Assembly: GCF_006345805.1 (NCBI RefSeq) | Contig: NC_042998.1 | Span: 75,640,001 to 75,704,000 of the forward strand | Reading direction: 5' to 3' | Length of the DNA: 64,000 bases | Source of the DNA: Octopus sinensis | Taxonomy: Eukaryota | Shown: piece after piece, positions 1 to 12,468 of the stretch | Layout of the letters: every line of letters starts with the position of its first letter | How positions within the stretch are numbered: position 1 is the stretch's first letter | Program-made: the position numbers and the translations under genes | The notes under the pieces: model-generated | The model's input: the letters and a program-made list of their open reading frames with translations, nothing else | Told to the model about the DNA's origin: nothing | Database searches by the model: none

Positions 1-74
1 TAAAGGGAGGTAATTGGTTGTCGTTATTATATTCGTATATATATTATATTCGTGTATATATATATATATATATA

Positions 75-228
75 CGACAGGCTTCTTTCAGTTTCCGTCC
101 ACCAAATCCACTCACAAGGTTTTGGTCGGCCCGAGGCTATAGTAGAAAACACTTGGCCAAGGTGCCACGCAGTGGAACTGAACCCCAAGCCCCGAATCGA
201 TCTTCTTACCTCACGCCCACGTCGCGCC
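75..228 (-). mobile_element. tRNA-derived SINE, 5' portion
   Basis: Reverse complement matches the head and body of the SINE at 3995-4295 and the head at 49177-49275. Confidence 0.8.
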
Positions 229-412
229 TATTAGTAATCAGAGAACGATTCACGAATTTATGCGTCGTCATTATACATATATATACACATATATATAAAA
301 ATATATATTGATATATATATATATATATATATACATACATATATATATACATAAATAATATATATATATACATTATATGTGTGTGTGTGTATGTGTAATA
401 TTTGGGACTAAC

Positions 413-690
413 TAGTCCTGCTTTCTTCAACATCGTGCCAGCTCACATAAAGAAGGAAAGTGACTTCACGGCATTCAAACGGTCCCTAGAACTTTAACAA
501 ATACCCGACAAACCACCCACACCCGGATATATCTCTAAAAACAATAACTCTCTGCTCGAATGGGTTATGGTACCCAAGAGCTGACTGTGTATCTCTTCCA
601 GGCGGACTTTTAACATAGACACGGCCTGAGCCAACTTCGGCCAAAACTTATCTAAGTACTCTAAGTACTCTAAGTAATCTAAGTAATAAT
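413..690 (+). mobile_element. 3' end of CR1/L2-group LINE with (CTAAGTACT)n-like tail
   Basis: Decayed reading ~ALFNIVPAHIKKESDFTAFKRSLEL..QIPDKPPTPGY..NNSLLEW, similar to the ORF2 C-terminus at 44640-44720. Followed by a GGCC..GGCC stem-loop and a short tandem tail. Confidence 0.7.
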
Positions 691-2070
691 GAAATAGTAA
701 TTATATCTAAATCAACTTTTATGTGTGTGTGTATGCATGTATGTGAGTTTGCGTGTATTTTTGCGTGTATTTTTGTGTGTATGCATGCATGTGTGTGTGT
801 TTTGCTATGATTACAAGACTTAAAAATTTGGTAATATTGCTTATTTCCCACACCACGGTAGAGCTTCAGTGACTGAAACTAGCAAAAGCGTTGTGGAATC
901 TTATTATATCGTATATATTTTTTTCCATTTTTTCTCTGACCCAGTACTTAATAGGATAATGTAGGCGGACGAGACAAGTGAAAGTTAAGTATATTTGTCA
1001 TGGGCTATACACAATACTAAAGACACCATATAAATCAAAATATATTTGTCTCCGAGACCAAGTAACCATCGATTTATTTGTTACAGTATTAGCCCACTGA
1101 TGTGTGCATGTGTGTTAAAGACAGAAATAGACAGACACTAGAGACAGACGGACAGAGAGATAGACAGAGAGGTACAGAGTGAGATGATTGAGTGGAATGC
1201 AAACATTTCACTTATAAGAACTTTAGTTAACTTATTTAAATTTCTTCGGCTTTCACTTGTCAGATCTGCTGTATAGCTCCAGAAAATATGAGAGATTTAA
1301 AACTAATTTAAGTTCAATTTACAAATTTTTATACAACCTTCCGAAAACTGAATAAATATGCGGTCTAATCAAATGACAGTTTGACAGACTAGAAAAATCA
1401 ACAGGTAAAATAAACCTGAATTATTTTCATCATGATGTGAAATTTAATTTCTTTTCTTTCTTTCTATATATGTTGCAATTTCTTCATTCGTTTAATTAAA
1501 GATCTTAATTAATGCTCAGTGGCTTTTATGCATCACATTCCTCCAATTAATTTTACATGAAGCAAAATTATGCAGTAAAATCGGATGGGTAGAAGTGGCA
1601 TTTGCTAACATTTGTCCAAAAGTATGGAAAAAAGAATACAATGCTTTACATATGCTTATTCACAGTAAAAAGCAATTCTAATTGGTAACCGACGTTCAAT
1701 GCATGTATTTAATTCTCAACACTGATACATTTAAGTCCAATATAATGGGCTTTTTGCAAATGTTAGTCTTAAAAATAATTTATTTATTAAAATATCTTTT
1801 CTTCATTTAATAAATGGGATGTCATCTGTTAAAAAAATTTCAACATACACATTACAATTGCACAATATTTCTTGTTAATACTGTCTATTGTTAAGTGTCA
1901 AAAACTTTCTTCCATCGAGGCCAGTGATATTATTCCACATCTTTTCCAAATCCGTTTCTCATTGCTTTTTGTTTCCTTTCTTGTTTTTCTCGTTTTTCTG
2001 TTTTCTTTTCTTTCTGTTTTTAATATTTTCACTTTTTGCTTGTTTCTTTATTCCGTTCGACTTTAAACAA

Positions 2071-2106
2071 GCGTAAGAGTGGCTGTGTGGTAAGTAGCTT
2101 CCTTAC
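2071..2106 (+). mobile_element. SINE head, left piece of a SINE split by an insertion
   Basis: gcgtaagagtggctgtgtggtaagtagcttccttac matches the uninterrupted head at 49177-49210; the SINE resumes at 3995. Confidence 0.85.
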
Positions 2107-3994
2107 TTTACTACAGGAGAGTTCTTGCTACTTGAAAGTCACGTCTTTCGTCGTGAAATATTGAACTTTTGAAGTTCGACTACAGGCAGGCGTTTGTTCT
2201 ATTTGGGGGAGGCTTAATGGAGTTTGTTGCTTTGTATTTAATGATTTTTGATGAACAACAGTCTCCACTCTGCGGTCGTGCATAAAAACTCACTTTGCAG
2301 TGAGAATTGTGTTTTTGAGGAGGCGTATCCCCTCCGCAAAAATTTGTTTGCGTTATGGAAATTGTCTTTGTGTTACTTTGTTCGTGGAGTTCAATTGGAT
2401 TCACCACAGACAAGGAGTACGAGGACACCAAGAATCAATTTTGGGGCTGCGACCGGAGTACCTCTATTCGTGTGGATTACCGGAGTGGCGGAATTGTGTT
2501 GCCGTGATTTGAACTGTCCTCCTTCGTTCTTTTTCTCTGCTCTGTCTTTCTGTTCTTTTTTGTGTTTTTATTGGACTTTTTTTAACTTAGTGTTGGACCT
2601 GGGGGAGGGGGCTTTCTCTTGATTTTGCAAGCATAGCAACAGAGAAGGGCACTGTGTTGGAATGGGTGATTTTACCTTCTATGTAGTGGTTAAAGGACCG
2701 TAATGAGAAAATGGTGGTGTTGAGGACATAGTCCAAGTCCCTCGACAACATCACTGTGTTCTCTCAAGTAGAGATAGAAAAAGAGTTGGCAGAATACCTA
2801 CCAACTATCATGTTTATCGCAAGGGGTGTCAAATTTGCAACAGTGTAGTTGCTATTTGACACCTCTAAGGAGGCTAGCATTTTCGCTAGTCAGCTCTTGG
2901 AAGGGGAAAGAAGTTTTGCTTCTCCCCACATATCGTGGGAGGAAATTGAGCCTGGGTGAGTGGACTGCCACCCGGAATAAAGCCTGAGTGCACAGAGGGC
3001 ACTATCCAACAGGGTTTGGGTGGCGTCAGAGCCAGGATCTTGAATGATAAATGCTTCCTGTGGATGATTGGGCGAGGTCGAAAGCAATTTTGACCCTATA
3101 GACCTAATCAGCCAAAGATCTGATTTTTCCAGATTTTCTAAAGATGGCCGGTTCTAAGTATCCGGTGACTCTTGAGGGACGCTCCCCTACCCAAGCGTCA
3201 CCTGTGCCTGGAATCGGGCCACATAAAGAAGAACTGCCCCAAGAACCAAGCAAGGGCACTGGAGAAGTTAATAGAGGAGGATGTTTTTCCTCCAACGGAG
3301 CCTCCTGATTATATAACGGAGGGAGAGGTAGAAAAAGTCGAGGAGGAGGTAACCCCCTCGAAAAGAAAAAAAGATTGCCCACCGATGGATTCTGAGGCGG
3401 CGGGAAGGAAGGAGGGACTCCCAGACAAGTTGGAGGAACTCCACCCTCCTGTCGAGAAGAGAAAAAAGGAAAAGAGAAAAAAGAATAGGACATCGCTAGC
3501 AGTTGACGATCAACTGCCAGCATGATCCGAAACTCTGTCGGTGGGAAGTGTGCCACCAACAGAGAGAGCAGTGGCCCACCCCAGAAGGAAGGAAGATGAG
3601 TTTGTCATACTCTGAAGGGAGGGGCGATAGAAAGCTTCCTAAGGAAGCGAGGCTTGACAGATGAGCCCTTAGCCTGGACCGAAAGCAGGAGTTGGCCTTC
3701 GCAGGTGACTGCGAAGGTCATATCGGAGGTGGGCTCCTTTTCGAAGGACTTGTTCAGAATCGTGTTTTGGGACCACAATATATTAATATTGTTGTCATTT
3801 TTGTAAGAGTTTCATTGCCTTTTATAATAATTTATTAAAGAACAATGTTATAGAGAAGCAGAGGGTCGGCGGATGCTTTCTGTCCTCTCCCATCCTTATC
3901 ATCCTTGCATCATTATCGTTCATTTCATTAATGTATGTCCAGCCCGCAAGCTACCTAATCTATGTACTGTCTTCATGACAAATTTAATGAAATA
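2107..3994 (+). mobile_element. ORF1-only (half-L1/HAL1-like, L1/Tx1-related) non-autonomous retroelement
   Basis: Flanked by a 15-bp TSD (aagtagcttccttac 2092-2106 / aagtagcttgcttag 3995-4009). Contains a 5' UTR, a decayed ORF1 and a ~190-nt 3' region ending in aataaa. No endonuclease or RT motifs found. Confidence 0.7.
2662..3806 (+). pseudogene. Decayed gag-like ORF1 with CCHC zinc knuckle
   Basis: Multi-frame reading ..LLLPTYRGRK..GLPPGIKPE..FPDFLKMAGSKYPVTLEGR..(R)HLCLESGHIKKNCP, i.e. CX2CX4HX4C with the first Cys as Arg (cgt), then an acidic/basic tail. Several stops and frameshifts. Confidence 0.7.
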
Positions 3995-4295
3995 AAGTAG
4001 CTTGCTTAGCAACCACATGGTTCGGGGTTCAGTCTCACTGCGTGGCACCCTGGGCAAGTGTCTTCTACTATAGCCTCAGGCCGACCAAAGCCTTGTGAGT
4101 GGATTTGGTAGATGGAAACTGAAAGAAGCCCGTTGTATATATGTATATATATATGCATGTGTGTATATGTTTGTGTGTCTGTGTTTGTCCCCACAACATC
4201 GCTTGAAAACCGATGCTGATGTGTATACGTCTCCGTAACGTAGCGGTTCGGCAAAAGAGACCGATAGAATAAGTACTGGGTTTACAAAGAATAAA
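3995..4295 (+). mobile_element. tRNA-derived SINE, right piece of the split SINE
   Basis: Continues the head at 2071-2106; B-box-like ggttcagtctc, internal (TA/TG)n tract, and a 3' part similar to 59820-59985. Confidence 0.85.
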
Positions 4296-4879
4296 GACAA
4301 AGAAATTCGTTTATGGTTTGATCACTTGTCCCTTTGTTTGTCAATAAAACAACTTTTTTCATTCTTTTAACTCGGGGCCAGCGGCTCTATTTCGATGTCG
4401 TTTTTTAGAATATATAGAATATATATATCAGTTGGTCTGTCGGTTGGTATATACGTATGTGTGTAGTTTATCAGTGCGTATACGTGCGTGTAGGGATATT
4501 TTATATGCACACATATACACACATATACATACATATACCCATCCATACGTACATACATACATACATATTATATGAAATAAAAAAAAACCTGAAATATAAG
4601 TCTGAAGTAGCGACAGAAAGCGAGAGTTACAGAAAAGAAATATGAAAAGCGGAAGTGGCTAAAAAGAAAAAAATATAAGAAAGTGACTAAACGTACAAAA
4701 GATGAATCAATAGGGGAGGATATATTGATGCGAGACAGAAATATGGTTGTAATTTTTTTGATTTTTGAAATAAGCCAAGCAATATTTTCACAAATGCGCA
4801 ATTGCAAGGAATGGATGTAAATGTCAGTCGCCTTTACATACACTGTAAAAACATAGTGAAAATATATTGGACGGAAAAA

Positions 4880-4894
4880 TTATATATATATATA

Positions 4895-4958
<64 letters not shown>
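4880..4958. repeat. (TA)n microsatellite
   Basis: Direct reading. Confidence 0.95.
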
Positions 4959-4960
<2 letters not shown>

Positions 4961-5699
4961 AATTGATTTCTTGAAAAAGAAAAGTATGCTTTTTAAACGC
5001 ATACCAACAAAACACTTGTCCCTGTCGCTAGTCGACGAAGTTTCATGTGTATTCTGTCCCTATGTTTAACCCCTGATGATATGTGTATGTGAGTGACTCT
5101 GTGTGTGTCTGTGTCTGTGTCTGTGTGTACATAGAGGAGGCGATAAAGTGAAAGAATGGAAGTTATAAAGCGACATACGCACACATGATGTTACAATCAG
5201 CTTTTTCGTTCATTTTTGCTCAATAATATATATCTATCAATAAATCAATATTTCGTCGACATATTCAGATTGATGAAATCAATATCTATTCCGTTTCAAT
5301 ATGAAATGGTTGACTTGGGGACAAGGAAAATATTTTGTAGCTTCTAGAGAATTTAATATAATGTTTATTTTACTATCCATATTCAAATTACGCACGGAAC
5401 TATGAAAATGGGGAAAAAACGGCATGACCTTCGGGGATTGTTCCTCTCATCGATTGATAATAGAAATGAGAAGTTTGTTGAACTTATTAGGGTTTGTAAA
5501 ACAACCTATGATAATTACAGAATGGTGCAATAAAAGCTACGGTAAGAAATCATTATGATATCATCTCACTTTCAAACACTTACTTTCTACATTGATGACA
5601 AATATTTTGCACATCATCAGTCGTCTTTTATGGCATTTATCAAAGCACCCCTACTCTCTCACTTTCTCTCTGTCTCTTTCTATCTCTTTCTCTCCCCCT

Positions 5700-5729
5700 C
5701 TCTCTCTCTCTATCTATCTATCTCTATCA

Positions 5730-5796
<67 letters not shown>

Positions 5797-5800
5797 CATC
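5700..5800. repeat. (CT)n/(TCTA)n microsatellite
   Basis: Direct reading. Confidence 0.95.
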
Positions 5801-6264
5801 TGTCTCTGCTGCTTCAGTTCCGTGCAACGAGTTCTTTTATACAGCACGACAAATTTCCGCAATATCAGTGAATGTTTTAGTTACAGTTTCTTGTATATGG
5901 AGACTTGAATTTTGTTTATGAAGATGATAATGAATCACACGGTATCGAGAAATCTTCAGAAAAGCAAAACGCGTCTGAGGTTCTTGTTAGTCACTGCAAC
6001 GACGATATTCGTCTCCTTCAGATGTAGTGATTTTAATAAGTCTTTAAAGGCATTTATCGCGTATAATTCCACACCGTCATGCCTTCTTAAGGTGTAGATA
6101 CACACACACACACACACACATATATGTATATGTATATACATCACGTGATCACGTGACCGACCAGACCATCAGATGTTGCTACACATCGCTGGTCACAATG
6201 TGTTCGCATTGTTTTATCCTTCGAATGACGCCACCCCGCTGACTAAGCGAGCAGGCCATGTATA

Positions 6265-6440
6265 TACATAATATATAAATATACTTATATACATTATTTA
6301 CATTATTTATATTTGACGGATATTTGTCCTCATCTTGTTTGTTGTTAACATAACGTTTCGGCTGATATACTCTCCAGCCTTCATCAGGTGTCTTGAGGAA
6401 ATTTCGAACCTGGGTTCTCATTCCTAAGGTATTTTCGATG
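6265..6440 (-). mobile_element. Penelope-like pLTR fragment
   Basis: Carries a minimal hammerhead motif of the kind known from PLE pLTRs; no ORF. Confidence 0.55.
6347..6392 (-). ncRNA. Minimal type-I hammerhead ribozyme (probably decayed)
   Basis: Minus strand GACAC CUGAUGA A GGCUG-10nt-CAGCC GAAA CG UU AUGUU. Palindromic ACGU helix III; C:A mismatch at the base of helix I. Confidence 0.65.
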
Positions 6441-6451
6441 TTTCGATGTTA

Positions 6452-6677
6452 GGGCGGCGAGCTGGCAGAAACGTTAGCACGCCGGGCGAAATGCGTAGCC
6501 GTATTTCGTATGCCGTCACGTTCTGAGTTCAAATTCCGCCGAGGTCGCCTTTGCCTTTTATCCTTTTGGGGTCGATTAAATAAGTACCAGTTTTGCACTG
6601 GGGTCGATATAATCGACTTAATCCGTTTGTCTGTCCTTGTTTTTTCCTCTCTGTGGGTAGTAAAGAAATAGGTATTT
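6452..6677 (+). mobile_element. tRNA-derived SINE (second family)
   Basis: ggcggcgagctggcagaa head, gagttcaaattcc B-box-like motif, followed by (GTT)n(ATT)n. Relatives at 7125-7272, 17065-17395, 55813-55925 and 63291-63419. Confidence 0.85.
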
Positions 6678-6695
6678 TTGATGTTGTTGTTGTTG

Positions 6696-6755
<60 letters not shown>

Positions 6756-7124
6756 TCACTGCCTGGAATCGAACTCGGAGGTAACTTAAATAATAATAAT
6801 AGTAAGCATTTTGGGTTTCTATTTGACGAGAATTATATTCACTGGTTATAGTACAGTATCTTAACTTTCGAGGATTTTTCCATCTATGAAAACAATACTC
6901 AGGCATTTGTCAGAGTCTAGATAATAAACCTAAAAGAGTAATCAAGATTTTATCATATATAATAAAATGAATTATCTCACTTTAATTTTATTTACTTCCA
7001 TGTAATAATTAGTTTAAGTTGAGTAACATGTACTCAACTGCTAAATTATAATGAGATAAAAAAATATATCATAATTAAAACCTGCGCGTTAAGATCAACA
7101 CAACATAAATACATAAGATTATTA

Positions 7125-7272
7125 CTGAGTTCTGAGTTCAAATTCCGCCGAGGTCGATTTTGCATTTCATTCTTTCAGAGTCGATAACACAAGTACCAGT
7201 CGAGCTATGGAGTTGATATAATGGACTACCCAACTCACCAAAACTTTTGGACTTTTTGTCAATAGTAGAAAG
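7125..7272 (+). mobile_element. SINE fragment (family of 6452-6677)
   Basis: gagttcaaattccgccgaggtcga...aagtaccagt similarity. Confidence 0.7.
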
Positions 7273-7854
7273 ACATTTTTCCAAATATATTTTGTTTCAA
7301 ATATTTTGAGACATGAAGTAGAGTAAATTATCTGGTATATCAAAGAGGATTGTACAAATACAACTATTACATTAATACTTTGTGATATTGATATTCTATT
7401 ATATCACTTATTTTATACATAAGTTTGTGAATGGGTAACATGAAACTAATTTGTGAGTTCTGTTATATAAATATCTGATGACCTCTTCAATTTCCATTAC
7501 ATGGATCCCACAAGGTTCAGTTTATGTTAATCTTTCTGCTTAAGCTTGTTTCCCACATGTTTGCTAACAGCAATTACCTATTATCTACGTATTACTATAC
7601 AATCAGTACCAAAGTTGCTTAATAATTATGCCCACGTATATGGACATACGGATGCACATAAACACACGTTAATATACACAATTGCTAGTACATAACATTT
7701 AAATATTTTACACACACGTAATGAATCATGTCGAAAGTAAGTTCAATTGTAACACTCTACATAAAAACAGAGTAGATAAGTATATTCCGATTACCAATTC
7801 ACAACACAAGTAATACCTACAATAATTTAAAAGCAACATATATGTGCTTGCGGG

Positions 7855-7875
7855 TATGTATATATTTATATATAT

Positions 7876-7928
<53 letters not shown>

Positions 7929-7947
7929 TATATATATTATATATATG

Positions 7948-7992
<45 letters not shown>

Positions 7993-8018
7993 TATGCATG
8001 TATGTATGTATGTAAGTG

Positions 8019-8051
<33 letters not shown>

Positions 8052-8271
8052 TATATGTACAAATGTATAAATAAGTATGCGTATATATGTGTCCGTATAT
8101 GTTCTTGCGTATTTGTACACGTGAGTAGGTTTTTTTTTTACCTCGATGTAGTGATTTGGCTGAACTAATCACAAGATATATTTATGTATCCAGCAATTGA
8201 TAAGCGTATGTAGATGTAGCTGGGTAAGAATGCAAAATCTAGTGTCCATGATAATTTCGTATCTGTGCCTG

Positions 8272-8309
<38 letters not shown>

Positions 8310-8381
8310 TATACACATATGCATATATACATATATATATATACATATATATGTGTGATTGTAAGTGTGCATGTATGTACC

Positions 8382-8442
<61 letters not shown>

Positions 8443-9115
8443 TTATATGTATATATGAATGTGTGTATATATATGTATGTATATGTACATATGTATATAT
8501 AAGTGTGTGTGTATATAAGTATGCATATGTGTACGTATATATATATATGTGTGTGTCAATATATATATATGTATATAATATATATATATGTATCTATATA
8601 TACGTATATATATAAGCATATACATATATATATATACATATATATGTGTGATTGTTAGTGTGCATGTATGTACGTATATGTATAAATATACACACACATT
8701 TATATGTATATATGAATGTGCGTATATACATGTATGTATATGTACATATGTATATATAAGTATGCATATGTGTACGTATATATATATATGTGTGTGTGTC
8801 AATATATATATATGTATATAATATATATATGTATCTATATATACGTATATATATATATATATACGCATATACATATACATATATATATATACAGATATAT
8901 GTGTGATTGTTAGTGTGCATTTATATGTATATATGAATGTGCGTATATACATGTATGTATATGTACATATGTATATATAAGTGTGCGTGTATATAAGTAT
9001 GCATGTGTGTACCTATATATATATGTGTGTGTGTGTGTACATACATATATATATATGTGTATGTATGTATGTATGTATGTATGTATGTATGTATGTATGT
9101 ATGTATGTATGTATA
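7855..9115. repeat. Complex (TA)/(TG)/(TATG) microsatellite field with higher-order units
   Basis: Marker atgtgtgattgt(a/t)agtgtgca recurs at 8351, 8644 and 8899. Confidence 0.9.
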
Positions 9116-10740
9116 TGGCAAGGTTGTCGTTGTTACTGTTGCTTCATCATTCTGTTTCCTTTCAGTTCCTTCTATTTCCTGAAGCAGAAATAAAATTTAT
9201 ATATTTGATTTATGATAGCTGATTAGACCGATTTTCTACGACTCTAGCTATTAGCTTTTTTTCTTTAATCTACTCTTACATTTACATTCATTTTTCTTTC
9301 TTAATTATTTCTGTTTCTGTTCTTATATTCTTCTTTTCGTAACCAATTACTTTTGATGTTTCTTTTGATTTACTATCATATTTCCTCGTTTAATTCCCTC
9401 TTCACCTTCTCAATAAACTCAATACTTTTTTAATAGTTTCTTTCCCTTTGTAAATTCTCATTCAGTCTCACTTTTTCATAGGTATCTTGAACATTTTCCT
9501 TTTATATGATTTATTTCAGAACAAATAGCTTTATTACATGACGTTATCTCTCTAGTGCCATAGAATAACCATTAGTGAAGTAAGCCCTTCCTTTCCTCTT
9601 TTCTTCTAAAACTTAGTTTAGCCGAAACATTTAACTCTTTTATAAACATTTCTGCCTCGTTGGTCTGTTGCATTATCTTTATTTCTCATTTTATGGTTAA
9701 ACAACTTAATTTCAACCTTATTGTTTTTGTTTTTTAATTCCACCCAAGATTCAAAGTTTCACAACAATCTTTATTTTTACCCCTATGCGTGAGTGTCTTT
9801 TATGTACTCATAACTTCTTGGGGGGGGGGGGCGAATATCTATACGTAGATATTCTTTTCATTCAAATCTTCAGCATAAGTTTCCAAAGAATTCCAGTCCA
9901 CAAGAGTTTCTAAAGTAATTTACGACCAACTGATCCTTAACTATGACTCTACTGTTATTTCTGGAATGTTAGACTAAGCTAGGTTAGCATGACGACAATC
10001 TTGGAATAATGATGATTAAATAATATAAAGCTTGAAAAAAATACAGCGAGAAAAAAAAATAGAATGTAGATATTCAGGAATATTCATGTAGTTATTTTGA
10101 TATGTAAAGCACTTAACATTTTCTTTCCCCTATGTAATCATATACTGGAAATTTAAAAAGTATAGTTCATATCAACAAATTTATCTTTTTTTATGTATTT
10201 AACTTTCCTTCATAACTACTTGCAACTAACTTGTATTAAATCTATCAAGGCATCTGAATAATTCTATTTTCAGAGATTTTTCTTTTATTCTGATATTTTT
10301 TGGAGATATAAGTTTATATGCTGCTTATCTTTTTTCCTACGCATATGCCTTGCTTCCTGTATTATATAACCTATTAAGCAACGAATACAATATCGTTCTT
10401 CAGTCAAAATTTCCTACTTTCACTTTCACAACCTTTGTACTTGACTTTCGTTCTTTTCTTCATTGCATTTCTTACCGCGCTGTATATTGAGCAAACTGAG
10501 TGCGGGTTTGTGCGTGTGTGCCTGTGATTTTAACAACTCCGTTTCTTGTCATACGTTATCATAATAGTTATTGATTAGCAAAGAATTACGTTATCTATTG
10601 CTGCTTTATCTAGGCAAATATATCGGCAAATACACTTAGAGAAAGGTGAAATAGAATTGGGGGGATTGTGCACAACCTAAAATCAAAATGACATGAACAT
10701 TTATAAATACATGCTTACATACATATATGTATACATATAT

Positions 10741-11946
10741 GTTAGTTAGTTAGTTAGTTAATTTTTTGGCTCAAAAAGCAAAAAAGCAAGGCCATGTAGG
10801 GGGACATGGAGTTATGTACAGGGTGGTGTTCATGTAAAGAGTTCAGGCCACTTGTGGTCAAGGGAGACTTTGAACCGAGCGGTCGTCGGCATCTTCACCA
10901 TCTCGTCCGGCAGCTTATTCCACGGATCCGCAACCCGGACGGAGAAAGCCCTTCTCCTTCGATTGAGACGAAATCGTCGCAGATAGAGCTTTTCGGAATG
11001 ACCCCGCAGCCGACGCTCTGGAGCAGGAGTGAAGAACAGCTCCTTCGAGAGGTTACACTTTCCGCTTATGATGTTGTAAGCAAGAATGAGATCACCACGG
11101 CGTCGTGGTTTTTCTAGAGAATAAAGGTCGAGCGTCTTCAGCCTTTCTTCATGAGACAAATTCTTGAGACCAAGAACCATGCGGGTAGCCAGCTTCTGGA
11201 CTCTTTCGAGATGTTGTATGTCTTTGAGGAGATAAGGAGAAGAGGCTTGAATCCCGTACTCCAATATGGGTCTCACCAGCGTGACATAGAGCGGTAGGAA
11301 TATGGCTGCTGTGAGCATTCCGAATGACCGTCGAATCAAGAACAGAACTCCGCGTGCTTTGTTGGCAGCATGGATGCACTGGGCCGAAGGCGAAAAGGAG
11401 AAATCCACCAAGATACCCAGGTCCTTCAACCTGATCGGTCCTCTCCAGCAGCAGACGACCCGGCTCGAAATCAAGTTGAGTTGCAGGAGGAGAGCCAACA
11501 GGCAGATGACAGCACTTTGACACATTCAGACACAGGTCCCATTCGTTAGACCATCTCCAAATTTGGTAGAGGCATCGACGAAGATCCTCTATATCACCGC
11601 GAGGAGCGACCAGTTTGACATCGTCGGCCAAATAGGTGAGGTCGTCGGGCAAGTCATTTAAGAAGACTAAGAACAATAAAGGCCCAAGCACTGAACCTTG
11701 AGGTACGCCACTGCTCGCACTGGAAACGTCGGACAGCGAACCATTAACTTGGACTTGGAAGGAGCGATCTGAGAGGAAGGCACCAACCCATCGTACAATA
11801 TCCGGATGGAAACTATATGCTTGAAGATTGACAAGTAATAGGCGGTGGTTTACCAAGTCAAAAGCTTTGGCAAAGTCCAATAAAACGATGTCAACAGCAT
11901 CACTATCATCGATGATGCGCGTCACCAATTCTTCCATTACCAGTTG
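10741..11946 (-). mobile_element. 5'-truncated CR1/L2-group LINE (RT domain, frameshifted) with (CTAA)n tail
   Basis: ORFs 11149-11937 and 10830-11525: DIVLLDFAKAFDLVNH, SGVPQGSVLGPLLF, YLADDVKL, KDLGILVD, LERVQKLATR, LRGHSEKL. Tail reads gttagttag on the + strand. Confidence 0.92.
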
Positions 11947-12468
11947 GTGGCAAACATCTGTGTATATGCTTCAGTGTGTGCGTTCTTTTATGTGTGTGAG
12001 TGTGTGTGTTCCTGCCTACGTGTGTACGCGTGCTTGTGTACATGTGCGTGGATGTGGAGGCACATGGCCTAGTAGTTAGAGCAGCGGACTCGCGGTCGAG
12101 GGATCGCGGGTTCAGATGTGTGTTTTTATGAGCAAAACACCTAAGCTCCACGTGACTCCGGCAGAAGGTAATTGGCGAACTTCTGCTGATTCTTTCGCCA
12201 CAACTTTCTCTCACTCTTTCCTCCTGCATCTTGCCGCTCACCTGCGACGGACCTTGCAAACCAAATGCAAAATCGAAGTAATATATACACTCATATATAT
12301 TTACATGCATACTTCGACCGCGAGTCCGCTGCTCTAACCACTTGGCCATGTGCCTCCACATCCACGCACATGCACACAAGCGCGCGTACACACGTAGGCA
12401 GGAACACACATACACTCACACACATACAAGAACGCACACACTGAAGCATATACACAGATGCTTGCCAC
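11947..12468. repeat. Inverted duplication, arms ~155 bp (11947-12101 / 12312-12468)
   Basis: The arms include non-SINE flank plus the SINE head and are near-identical reverse complements. Confidence 0.9.
12053..12257 (+). mobile_element. tRNA-derived SINE (third family)
   Basis: gaggcacatggcctagtagttagagcagcggactcgcggtcgagggatcgcgggttc tRNA-like head. Confidence 0.8.
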
